Part shown: positions 41,175 through 52,574 of the stretch, in pieces
Layout of the letters: each line of letters opens with the position of its first letter
Numbering within the stretch: position 1 is the stretch's first letter
Source: Epiperipatus broadwayi
Taxonomy: Eukaryota > Animalia > Onychophora
Reading direction: 5' to 3'
Length of the DNA: 64,000 bases
Assembly: GCA_028023455.1 (NCBI GenBank)
Contig: JAQFVV010000005.1
Coordinates: 21,948,001-22,012,000, forward strand
The notes under the pieces: model-generated
Told to the model about the DNA's origin: nothing
Seen by the model: the letters and a program-made list of their open reading frames with translations, nothing else
The model's database searches: none
Program-made: the position numbers and the translations under genes

Positions 41175-41483
41175 ACACTAAACATCACATGATCACTATT
41201 TCTTATGCTAGCACATTACTGTTATTAAAACAGGCAAAATTCTCTCCATATAGTAGTGCCACTCAGTGCCAACCAGAGTAATCAATGGATGCCAGAAGGC
41301 TTGTGCTCTCAGATCCGTAGCTCCTCACTGATGAAGGCCACAAGCCAGAAACTAGTCTGGGGATATTGGATGAGTAGGCACTAGATAGGGATTTTATGCA
41401 CAAGCCTTCTGGCATCCATTGATTACTCTGGTTGGCACTGAATGGTACTACTATATGGAGAGAGTTTTGCCTGTTTTAATAAT
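41175..41483. mobile_element. R1 fold-back insertion (NIF3L1 intron 3)
   Basis: Arms joined through GTGC microhomology at ~41303. Only a weak 7-bp flank duplication (AATAACA). Confidence 0.9.
41312..41371 (+). ncRNA. R1 type I hammerhead ribozyme
   Basis: CTGATGA 41328-34, GGC/GCC stem II, GAAA 41348-51, CTAG-TC cut after 41357, TGGGGA pairing with TCCTCA. Confidence 0.75.
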
Positions 41484-42039
41484 AATAACATTTGGTAGCA
41501 ATCGCAATAGTACACAAAGAGGTCTATAGTGTACAGACATTATTAACTATAGCAACAATGCTGTAGTAACATCAATAAATATATGGCAGGAAGAGAACAG
41601 AATATTCTTCAATAGAAACAATTCAGTAATAATAGTGACAATACAATAATAGCAGCAATAGTGTAGAAATAATATTAGCCACATTTTGGAACCAGCAGCA
41701 CGGTGTAATAGTAATAAATAAAAATAAACCAGTTTAGCACTAAGGGATCACATGATGTTCGAACATCACAAATATCGGGATTAAGCTATTATCTATGAAT
41801 GTTTAGCTTTTGAGTCTCTAACATTGCATGAAATCATGCAGGGCATTAAACTAGTAGAAGGTACAGTTATATGCGGTTGCAATACTATAATAATGTGAGA
41901 GAAATAATAGTAATTGCAGTGCTATTCAATAAATATAGCTCCAGTTTAGCAAATAGTATGACAATATAATGATTATACCAGCAGTAATATTTAACAACAT
42001 ACTAATAGAATATGTTAAATAAATTAGAGAAAGAATATA

Positions 42040-42700
42040 TGGAATGAAAATTAATGTTAAGAAAACCAAAATGTTTATGGATATGGAAGAATACAAAAAG
42101 ACTACAAGTTTATATTCATAATAATATAATTCAACAGGTGAATAGATTTACATATTTGGGTAATTAGTTGATTGAGGATGGAAGAAGCAAAGACAACATT
42201 AAAAGAAAGATACCCTTGGCAAAGAAAGCATTTATTAAGAGACAGAAAATATTTTGTGAACTTTTGAAGAGAGAGAATTAAGAAAAAAAAATTAAGTAAG
42301 TGCTATGTGTGTGAACTGTATTATTTTACGGTTGTGAAATGTGGACAATGAATAAAAGAATGGGGAATAGATTTGGAGGTTTTTGAGATGTGATCATAGT
42401 GAAGAATAAGGAAAAATTAGTTATATGAATAAAATGATAAATAATGTAGTTTTGGAAAGAGTTGATGAAAGAAGATTGATTGAGAAAATTAAAGAAACTG
42501 GATTGGACAAATACTAAGAAGAAAGAATAGTTGAATGAAGGATGCTTTGAAGGGAATGGGAGTGGAAACAAAAGAAAAGCTAGAAAAGATTGACCTTGCT
42601 GGATATAAGAGGTGGAAAGAGATATATGGAATTGAAGATTTGGGTAATGAACAGAACGATGAATAGGCTGTATGATTGTTCTCTATCTTTCCATAGAACA
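42040..42700 (+). mobile_element. Decayed LINE RT C-terminal remnant (similar decay at 26100-26570)
   Basis: [10 protein letters not shown] and QVNRFTYLG fragments; clade unresolved. Confidence 0.5.
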
Positions 42701-43589
42701 GAGCACTATTGATTGAATGATAGTAGTAGTAACAAATATAGTTGAATAATAAACAGCAATAACAACTATATAGAAACATCTATAGCAACATTACGAATAC
42801 CAGTAGTAATAGCGATAAAATAGAATGTTAAAGAAGCTTCACTAATGATAACCTTTCTTAACAATAATTAGATGATTTATCTGTTTGACTTTTTTTTTTT
42901 AATGTTCACAATTAAATAAGCCTATTTGACAAAAAGCATACCATAAAGATCCTTTGTCCTATGTAGAAGATAAAAAACAAATTCCGTAAGAGATAGGAAT
43001 CCATAAAGAATTTCATCAACAAGTAGCTGAAGGAAAAAGAATCTTGAAGAAAATTGAAGTACCATATGGATTGGATGAACAATATTGAGATGTTTAAGAA
43101 AAATGAATGAAATACTTACAAAAATAGGAGGAATTAATTAGCAAAGCAAGTTTAGAATAGTAGAAACCATGATAGTATTTGTTAAAAAAAGATCAGTGAT
43201 GAATGTTGTGTAAGAGGTATTGGATTGAAGAAATGGAATGAATCATTTATTGTTGAGTCATTACATTCTCTTGGCATTTGTTGTTTTATTAATCACTTCA
43301 AACCAGTATCACTGAGGTCTTTGTTAACAACTTATCCACTTCTTTTTCCAATTTTTTCATCATTATAACCAGTTATGAATCATTGGATGTAAACCCTTTC
43401 CTTTTTTTTTTCAAATGACAAAATCTTTGTAGTTTAGATGTTAATGTAACTGCAGTCAACTTTGATAATCATAAGTAAATAATTTTAAAAATTAAATCTA
43501 TGGACATTTTACTCACATCATATTCTTTACCATGAGCATGAGCTTCGAACTTTTTTTAAAAAAAGTAACTATTTACATTAAATTAAATC

Positions 43590-43890
43590 TCCAACTGATT
43601 TTTACTTGAGAGTAACCTTTTCCAAAATCATTAGAAAATGTAAACTTGTCCCTATGATGTGTTTCAACTGCACTTTTCATATCGCATAGTTCAGATACAT
43701 ATTATATCTCGATTATTAATTACTTTAATATCTTAACTATATATATTTGTCATTAGTAATTTAACAGATATAATATTTGTCTGGGATTCCTGATAATATT
43801 GCTTCGATTAAAATTTGCCCCAGACACAGTTTTGCACTTTTTAATGTTTTAAGAAAAGATTGCTCTCAAGTAAAAAATGGTTGGAAAGTT
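43590..43890. mobile_element. Possible MITE / inverted-repeat element
   Basis: CCAACTGATTTTTACTTGAGAGTAA (~43591) inverted against TTGCTCTCAAGTAAAAAATGGTTGG (~43860). Confidence 0.45.
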
Positions 43891-44899
43891 AGTTTGTCAT
43901 TAAACATTTTTTTATGAATACTCTTTGCAGAAAATTTTTTTGTCCATAAAATCACATAATGGAATGGTGGTATATTCTTCAAGTATAGTAATCATTTTAT
44001 CTATAGTAATAAAATAGTTAATCTCTTTGGACGTCATGAGAGGTATGAGGCCTGAAAATGACAAAACTGAACTATGATCCATGGATCTTAAGCTCCCAAA
44101 TTTTCATTCTATTATAAAACATGCGAGGTTTTGAGATACTATTACTTTGCATTATTCTGTCATCTTTAATATATACAGAAAATCTGTTACTTCTATTATA
44201 ACTATTTTATTTTCACTTATAATTTATTAATTTTCCTTGTACACAAAACTAACCATCACTTAACTTTTAGCTTGAATAAAATAAATGCGATCTCAAGTCA
44301 GTGAACACTAGGTGGCACTTCAAACTGTTCTGGATTGGTCTTTTCATGCAGTTGGCTAGAATTTAAAGCTATTATGATGTTTGAAATAATTAGGCTGCTA
44401 GCTTGAATAACAAAAAAATAAAACTTAATATGTGGATAGATACATTGCCTCCTGATACGAAGAATGTCACTTTAATCAGAATCAATCGTAGGAAACTATT
44501 TGCACTGCCACCTAATGTTTGTTGACTTATTTAATGTTTGCATAGTTGAGAGTGTAGTAGAACAGTAGTCAACAAACATTTTTAATTGCACACCTTCATC
44601 ATAAAGAAAAGTAATATGCAACTCATATGTCTGAAATTATTTTAAAAAATAAAAGACAGAATTATATGAAGATTAATTAAATACCCCAAATCCAAAACTC
44701 AACCAAACTAGCCAAGAAAATAAAATCAAAAACAACCAATGGTTTCACTGCTACAAGCAGACTTCTCAAGTGTAAAAAACTACAAAACAACACCATATTT
44801 ATAATAAACATTACCCACAAATCCATTTATTTCCCATCCACCCTTAATATTAAAAGAACTTTTAAATAAGTTAATTGCTTCAGAATAATAAAGATTTTT

Positions 44900-45463
44900 T
44901 TAATTTTTTTTTTTCCATATGTCAAAGCATTGACCAGGAAGCAAATCCGGGCCAGCTGCTTGGTAGGCAGCTATGCTAACCACTTGGCCACCAATGCTTG
45001 ACAAGATTTTTTTAATACTTTTTATTTCATTTCTTTTAAAAAAGACAACCTTAGCTTTATCAAAATTAGTAGTGCGGCTTGTATCTTTTTCATGGACATA
45101 TAAAGCAGAATGAAGATATTTATTTCTAACCTTACTTTTATGTATATTTATTCTTTCATTTAAGCTCAAACTACTCTGACCTATATAAACCTTCTTAGAA
45201 AAACAAAGGATAATATACACTACACCAGGAATAGTTTTCCTATCAAAAATTTCCTTTGTATTATTTAATAAATTATTCAAAGTAATACCCTTTTTCCAAG
45301 CAATTTTACTTCCAAACAAATTATTATTCTTACATACAATTTTATAAGAAAACAATTTAAATGGCAAAGAAATAAAATCATATTTTTCTTTATCCTTTAC
45401 ATCCTTACAAATATTAACTAATAAAGTACTTTTAATAAATTTATCAGTGTAGCTAACACTCAA
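44900..45463 (-). pseudogene. Penelope-type GIY-YIG endonuclease remnant (left arm; 3' end runs into a SINE)
   Basis: PGVVYIILCFSKKVYIGQSSLSLNERINIHKS...SALYVHEKDTSRTTNFDKAKVV. Confidence 0.85.
44905..45002 (-). mobile_element. tRNA-Gly(TCC)-derived SINE, ancestral-like form
   Basis: 71-nt body 44997-44927 GCATTGGTGGCCAAGTGGTTAGCATAGCTGCCTACCAAGCAGCTGGCCCGGATTTGCTTCCTGGTCAATGC aligns with eukaryotic tRNA-Gly(TCC); tail TTTGACATATGG-An; 14-bp TSD AAGATTTTTTTAAT at 44891-904 and 45003-016. Confidence 0.85.
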
Positions 45464-45799
45464 ATAATCTTTATAAAATTGATCTTTCTGAAAGAAAGCT
45501 ACCCCACTAGAATTATTTAATTTCTTATTCCTATAACAATAATTTCTTAAAGCATCTACTTTAAGGTCTATAATTAAACCTAATAGCTATCAGTCTATCT
45601 CACAAAGTAGCTGCTTTAAGAAATTATTGTTATAGGAATAAGAAATTAAATAATTCTAGTGGGGTAGCTCTGTTTCAGAAAGGTCAATTTTATAAAGGTT
45701 ATTTGTGTTGGCTACTCTGATAAATTTGTTAAAAGTATTTTATTTACTAGTAATATTTGTAAGGATGTAAAGGATAAAGAAAAATATGATTTTATTTCT

Positions 45800-46096
45800 T
45801 TGCCATTTAAATTGCCTTATAAAATTGTATGTAAGAATAATAATTTGTTTGGAAATAAGAAAATTGTTTTGAAAAGGGGTACTACTTTGAATAATTTATT
45901 AAATAATACAAAGGAAATTTTTGATAGGAAAACTATTCCTGGTGTAGTGTATATTATCCCTTGTTTTTCTAAGAAGGTATATATAGGTCAGAGTAGTTTG
46001 AACTTAAATGAAAGAATAAATATACATAAAAGTAAGGTTAGAAATAAATATCTTATGCATTGTATGTCCATGAAAAAGATAAGGCCACACTATTAA
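45800..46096 (+). pseudogene. Penelope-type GIY-YIG endonuclease remnant (right arm)
   Basis: PGVVYIIPCFSKKVYIGQSSLNLNERINIHKS; frameshifted downstream. Confidence 0.85.
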
Positions 46097-46769
46097 TTTT
46101 GATGAAGCTAAGATTGTTTTCTTTGAGAGAAATGAAATAAAAAGAATTAAAGAATCCTTATTATTGAAAATTTATTATTCTGAAACAATTAACTTATTAT
46201 TTAAAAGTTCTTTTAATATTAAAGATGGATGGGAAGTAAATGGATTTATGGATGTTTAATATAAATATGGTATTGTTGTGTAGTTCTTTACACTTGAGAA
46301 GTCTACTTGTAACAGTGAAACCATTGGTTGTGTTTTTGATTTTATTTTCTTGGCTAGCCTGGTTGAGTTTTGGATTTGGGGTAATTTTAATTATTTATTG
46401 ACTAGTTTAGCTTTATGCTCATAATGTTTATATGAAGATTAGTACAATCCGAATGATTTCTGTTACATAAGGTAAAAATATTTACTTGGTAGTCACTTAT
46501 TATGATTGGTTGCAGTTTTTAATAGACCTCAAAAAAAAAAATTTTTTGAGTGTCTCCTGGATAGCTTCTTATCAACTTTGCTAACTATTGGAATAGAGGT
46601 CATTGTGTTTAATTAGTAGCACTTATTTATTAACAACACTATCATCATCATCATTTATATATCACAAGTAGCATTAATTTAGTTAGCCACTTGTTAATAA
46701 ATTTTTCTTTAATTTATCATGACATTTAAGACATCCCCACATTAAATACTCATATTTGTTGTTTTCCAG

Positions 46770-46908
46770 CCTCCAATCCCTAATTATGGCATGGGTCGTT
46801 TTCTGCAACTCAAGAATGACATCACAATCAGTTCTGCCATAAGTCTAATAAAGAAACATCTTCAACTCAGTCATCTTCGACTAGCATTAGGAACCAAAAA
46901 GACATTGG
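46770..46908 (+). CDS. NIF3L1: NIF3L1 coding exon 4
   Basis: TTTTCCAG| PPIPNYGMGRFLQL...IKKHLQLSHLRLALGTKKTL G|GTTTGT; matches GMGR...LSHIRLALG; phase 0 to 1. Confidence 0.92.
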
Positions 46909-47599
46909 GTTTGTGTTGGTGCTATTCTTTTTTTATATGTATGCATGTGTGTGGGTATGCAATATTTATATTGTCACATCCAAATTGCATGAAAGTGTAT
47001 TAGTTCTATATAGAAAAATTAAAGGACTTACTATTGGTATTCAAAATAATTCGCAGTAGATAGAGTTTACTTGGAAAGCAAAGGATCTTTTTTAAAAAAA
47101 AGCAACTCCATTCACCAGATCTTGAACTTAATAAATTCTTTTATATAGCATTTATTTCTCTCTTACGACCATTGATAGAAACATCATCAGAAAGATATCT
47201 GGCAGTAATATAATGCCTGTATCGATATGATAAAATCTCATGTTTTCATAGTAGTGTATACAATAATTATTATTTTTTATTTTTTTTTTTTTCAGTTATA
47301 TAACCACTGTCACAAGTCACTGAACATTACATCATAATGAATAAGTAACCACAGTTGACTCAATTTTGATTTTTATTAAGTCTTCTAAACTTGAAGCAGC
47401 AGGAATACAGTTTATTCCTGGAATTTTTTTTTTTTTATTTCATGATAGTGCACTTGTAGCAAAGATTTTTTTTCCGTTTTAATTCATTTTCTGAAGATCA
47501 GTCCAAGAATAAACATTTTTTTTCCTCTCAAATTTTTGTATTAACATCTCTGTGTTTTAATTTGTTTATATCAGCAGATAAAACTTTGACTTCTCCTTA

Positions 47600-48110
47600 A
47601 GAATTTGCTGCTAATGATGATCAACTATGCAGTAAATCTTTAAGATGATCAACTGGTAGTGATAAACTATGGACTGCATCTTTATCAAAATCATCCGCTT
47701 ATGTAGTATATCTTCACTACCATCTGATTTTGGTCAACTATGGTCTGGATCTTCAAGGAAATCAACTGATAAATGATTGGCCATGCAATGAATTTTCAAT
47801 ATCAACTAACGATGATCAACTACATGCTACATCTTCCAGAAGATCATTCGATCAAGGTCTACTATAGTTAATCTTCATGATCAGAATTATGCCAATTAAT
47901 TATCCAGTGGATTTTCAAGAAAATTATTTGATGTTTAAGTACGTAGTGAATCTTCAAAATCAATTAATGGTGGTCATCTGTGCAGTTGGACTTTCAAAGT
48001 AGTCTATTGATAGTGATTATTCTTGATATTAATTGGAACTTTAAGAGATAAACAGATGATGTTTGCAGTAGACCTTCGAGATCAAGTAATGGTAGTGCAC
48101 ATATTGTGTA
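47600..48110. repeat. Degenerate ~40-bp minisatellite (NIF3L1 intron 4)
   Basis: TCTTCA(A/G)-GATCAACT-like units recurring at ~39-41-bp spacing from ~47711 to ~48072. Confidence 0.6.
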
Positions 48111-48638
48111 ATAATAGTCGACATATTGAGAAAGTTCTTTAAACAAAAACTTTTGTTGGGCTTTGTTTTAATTTTTTATAACTCTGAATCTGGAATATTA
48201 TATTTTGATTAATTCTACTTTTCATAATTGCTTTTTTAAAAAATTACTTATTTTTATTAATTTTTATTCAGTATTACTTGAAATAAATAAATAAAACATA
48301 ATCAAATGTCTTTTATTGCTTGCGAGTCAAAAAGTTTAAGCACTGTAAATGCCAGAACTAGAATAGATCCAAGAATTTAGGGTTCCTAAATCTGAAATAC
48401 TACTATTGCACTATTTTCGAAATTATAGCTAAAATATATTTTATAATAAAACTAATTTATTCAGAAAAAGAATTAAAAAAGTTAAGCAATCATGTTAAAA
48501 GTTTGTTGAATCCAAATATTTTTGTCCTTGTTCTTATAACTTGATTTTATTTTTTATTTCTTATTTTTTGAATCGTGTTGATATTCTTTCCTGTATAGTA
48601 TTCTCTAATAATAATAATAATCGCTGTTCTTTTTTTAG

Positions 48639-48907
48639 ATTCCCCCATATCACGTGTGGCATTATGTGCAGGCTCAGGTATCAGTATTCTTAAAGGTGCG
48701 AATGCTGACCTCTACCTTACTGGAGAGATGTCACATCATGATATTTTAGATTGCACTTCGAATGGAATAACGGTTGTGCTTTGTGAGCACAGTAACACAG
48801 AACGAGGCTTTCTACCCAGTTTAGCAGAGAAAATTAAATTGCTTTTAGACAGTCAAGTTCATATTGTTATTTCTGAAAAAGATCAAGATCCTCTATGTAT
48901 AATTTAA
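48639..48907 (+). CDS. NIF3L1: NIF3L1 coding exon 5 (stop)
   Basis: TTTTTTAG| VALCAGSG, ADLYLTGEMSHHD, LCEHSNTERGFL, DQDPL. Exons sum to 1110 nt = 369 aa plus stop. Confidence 0.95.
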
Positions 48908-50175
48908 AACTATGGTTAATAAAGTTATATTTTTAAATTGTCTTTTTGTTTTTCCTACACTAGACATAACCACATCGTGTTAAAACATAATTCTTAGCAT
49001 CAAAAATTATAATTCAAGGTTTTAAAGTTGTTCAAAATATTATCATCACCTTTACCATTCTAGAACATTTGTCAATATTGTCCAATACCTAAACTTTATT
49101 TTCTTTCTCATTCATAGATTTTTTTGGAGGAGGAGAGAGTATTAATTCCAGTGCTAATATTGGTAATTTATTTTCATTGCATATAGTCATATGACATTGT
49201 TTTCTTTATATCAATCGTTATCAATTCCTGTAAATCCATTATTATGTAATGTTTTATTTTCTTTCTTTTTTTTATGATATTAATCATAGATTTTCTAATC
49301 ATCCATGTCCACAACTCTACTGTCTTTTTATTTTTGAAATCATTTTATTCAATTTCGATCAATAGAGTACCTGTAATCTGTGACTTATATACACAGTGTT
49401 CCCCAATGAAAAGGTGACTGGGTTTTTTTTCTAAATTGCTTGCAGTGCCATCTATAAGTCAATGCATGTATTATGTAGTGATATAGTTCAATTGGCTACC
49501 TATATATACTGAACAATGATAAAGCTATTTGTAAGAGACTGTGGTCTGGGTCAACTAGTGAATGCTGGTTCAGCACAAGATGTGCATCTTGGGGATTATA
49601 CATCTTTTGCATATGTTTTTGGTCATATGTTTATAATTATACCTCTCCACAAGCTATTAAAAATGGATAGAAACCAGTTCCTACCTTGTGTGAGAGTGGT
49701 ATTGTGAAAATAATACTACAGAAATATTCATTCGGTAGATAATCTCTAATCTAATGAATGACTAATAAAAATTAATATACTTCCATCAAATAGTTTGTGT
49801 TAAATGTTGTGAGAGCAGTGTTCGACACATCGATTAAATTGTAGTTATTGGTGCTCTCTCTTTATATATATATTGAACAATGATAGATATATTACTTTTT
49901 AAGTACGAGATTGTGATCTGAGCTAACTGATGAGTGGTGGTTCAGCACAAATGTACATCTTGGGAATTGTACATCTTTTCCACATATTTTTGGTCATGTT
50001 TATGATTACAACTTTCCATGAAGTGTTAAAAGTGGATAGAAACCAATCCTTATCTTGCATGAGTGGTGTAGTGAAAATTGCACTTCAGAAACATTGAGAT
50101 ATAATAAACACTTCCATACTTCTCCATTCTTTTTAAATTCATATAAATAAAGATATAATAAAAGTCAAATGATCC

Positions 50176-50215
50176 CCAAGATGCATTTCGTGCTGAACCA
50201 GCACTCATCAGTTGG
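50176..50215 (-). ncRNA. Canonical minimal type I hammerhead ribozyme (R3b copy 1)
   Basis: CCAA-CTGATGA-GTGCTG-GTT-CAGCAC-GAAA-TGCA-TC^TTGG; all core nucleotides present; 6-bp stem II; palindromic stem III ATGCAT; AUC cut between 50180 and 50179. Confidence 0.88.
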
Positions 50216-50577
50216 CCCAGGTCACTATCTCTCACATATATCTCTATTATATGCAAAGTATTTATCTAGAGTAAATTGTTACATTTAACCATTGTCAAAC
50301 TCCCTCCACTCACAACTTTGACGTCATCCATTTCAGATAAATACACTAATGATTATTACTAATCATTTTCGAAACTAGATATTATCTCTAGCACAGATAT
50401 AAACTTTAAACCTCAGTTAAAGATTAATATATCTGATTTTTTAAATTTACACACACGGAGTTATTCACCTTTCTCTGTCCTGTATATAATATCTTTAAAG
50501 ATATAATAAACACCTCTATACTTCCCTATTCTTTTTAAATTCATATAAATAAAGCTATAATAAAAGACAAATGCCCC

Positions 50578-50617
50578 CCAAGATGCATTTCGTGCTGAAC
50601 CAGCACTCATCAGTTGG
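50578..50617 (-). ncRNA. Canonical minimal type I hammerhead ribozyme (R3b copy 2)
   Basis: Identical core and stems 402 nt from copy 1. Confidence 0.88.
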
Positions 50618-52574
50618 TCCAGGTCACTATCATATATATCTATTATATTAAGAAACATTATTCATTAAGTGAATAATCTCTAATTTAATGAATGTCTAAT
50701 AAAAATTATTTAAGTGTTAAAATTCTTCAAAAAAAATTACTGCAGGAATTAAGATAGCATCACAAAATATCAAATAAACAGAACAACTGAGCGGCGTATT
50801 CTATATATGGACATTTGTGTTTCACAGATTGGTTTGTATATTCATCTGCAGTCATATTATTTTGTCTTTTTATCCCCTCTCCTCTTTCTTGTGGTAGTAA
50901 TAACCATACTCGTTTGCGAATGACTGCTGCATTTTTTCTCTCTTACTCTGCTAAGTGTGACATGTGAATATAGGTGCGTGCTTTTACGTTTAGTAATTCT
51001 GGTATAAGTTGAGCTAAATAATTATTTTTTGATTACACTTACATTAAGTAATGATTATCTTCATTAATAGTTCTCATTGCATAATATAGATATATCCAAA
51101 CACATACGTTACCATATTAATAAATAAATAAAATTCCGCCTGTAGCACATGTTTCTGTCTGAGATAGAATTATTTTTATCAATGAGGTAGTACATAAAAT
51201 CTTGTATACAACACGTGTTTGCTTCCTTCCATTCATGACATTTTAAAACGTCAATAATTTAATACTTTATATACAATCGCAAATATTAATATTTTTCATT
51301 ATTAAATATAATTTCATGTTTGGGAGTGGTTTATCTATTATCTAACTTGATGGTCAGTGACTTACGATTCACAAAAGTCGAAGGGATGGGTTAAGTACAG
51401 AAGTAATTCAACTTTTTGTGGAACAAAAAACTTGAAGCAATTATGTTTTTATCCAAACATGGATTTAAACATGTTTCCTACACATTAACTGACCCATTGA
51501 TTCTAATATAGATAAATAAATTAAAGATTTATGAGTCGTTACGTTAATCCAAAGTAGCACGATATTCTAAAGAATTTTAGGTTAAAAATAAGTCGTTTAA
51601 ATGATATACAAAAATAATATTTATTGCCATAATAAATCAACTCCGGTCTTAGAGAATAAATCTATTCCGGATATTCGAGGTTGCAATGAAATCCTTTTTT
51701 AAATGAAAGCAGTAGTATCCGTCTAAATAAATTACGTACCCACTATATAGTGTTTACTTTTATTTAGTGGCCTACGTAAGCATATACAACGAGGTTCGAA
51801 AATACTATCCACCCCGTAATAGCTTTTATGTCACGTGCTACATTTTTATTATGTTTACAAAACCCAAAACTGATTATTTTTTTAATATATATATAAGGTA
51901 GGAATTGTCCATGGCATAAATAAGAATACAAATGGCAATAATTACAAAGACAAAACAAAAAGTCGGAGGATAATATAGTATGCTTAATATTTTATAAAAT
52001 CACTTCTGTTCATCTCACTTAGCTGGCCGATTCGCGATACCGCCCACTCCCCTAATCCTGGGCCTTTAGGCTAGTACCGTGTTAGTCACACACATTCCTT
52101 TGTGGATACAATGATTAAAGAGTCAGAAATAGTCCTTACTACTGAAAAAATAAGATTTCAAAAAAAATACTGAATTTGATCACACAATTAAATATTTAAT
52201 TGAAATATTTAATTTTTAATTATATGCCTAATAAAAAAAAAAAGTATAATTAAATGAAAATTGTCATCTTAATTCATTAATAATTATTATTAACTATTAC
52301 AACTAAATCCGTTTTTTCACTATTTTCTTTTATCTTTTAGTCATTTTAATTTACTTCAGGGATCGGACAGCCATTTATTACATTAAATGTCCCAATGGTA
52401 TTGCGTGTTTCTGCTACTACATTTTTGTCTTTTACTTACACACGCAGTAATTCGGATTCGAATCTTTTTTTTCTTCTAATTTTTTCTTCTATTTTTTTTT
52501 TAAAAATTCTGATGTTAAAACGTGTATGCTCGTTTATGAATGGCTGCTAATGATGATAATCATCATCATCATTA

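Larger units (their letters stand above)
44676..46427. mobile_element. Penelope-like element 3' remnant as a tail-outward inverted duplication
   Basis: GIY-YIG coding on minus (to ~45604) and plus (from 45605). 14-bp TSD TTATATGAAGATTA at 44662-75 and 46428-41. Confidence 0.9.
49500..50715. mobile_element. R3 cluster: R3a tandem dimer (+, period 364) interrupted by R3b (-, period 402)
   Basis: GAACAATGAT at 49511 and 49875. R3b insert 50096-50650 flanked by 9-bp TSD AGAAACATT (50087-95, 50651-59); the R3a sequence resumes after it. Confidence 0.8.

Noticed and set aside
40480-41700. AAT/AGT/AGC-rich stretch as coding or structured RNA
   Set aside because: Degenerate microsatellite-like low-complexity sequence.
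44927-44997. Functional tRNA-Gly gene
   Set aside because: T-loop/B-box decayed (GATTTGCTTCC), anticodon altered to ACC, has a poly(A) tail and 14-bp TSD, and is inserted inside a PLE. It is a retroposed copy.
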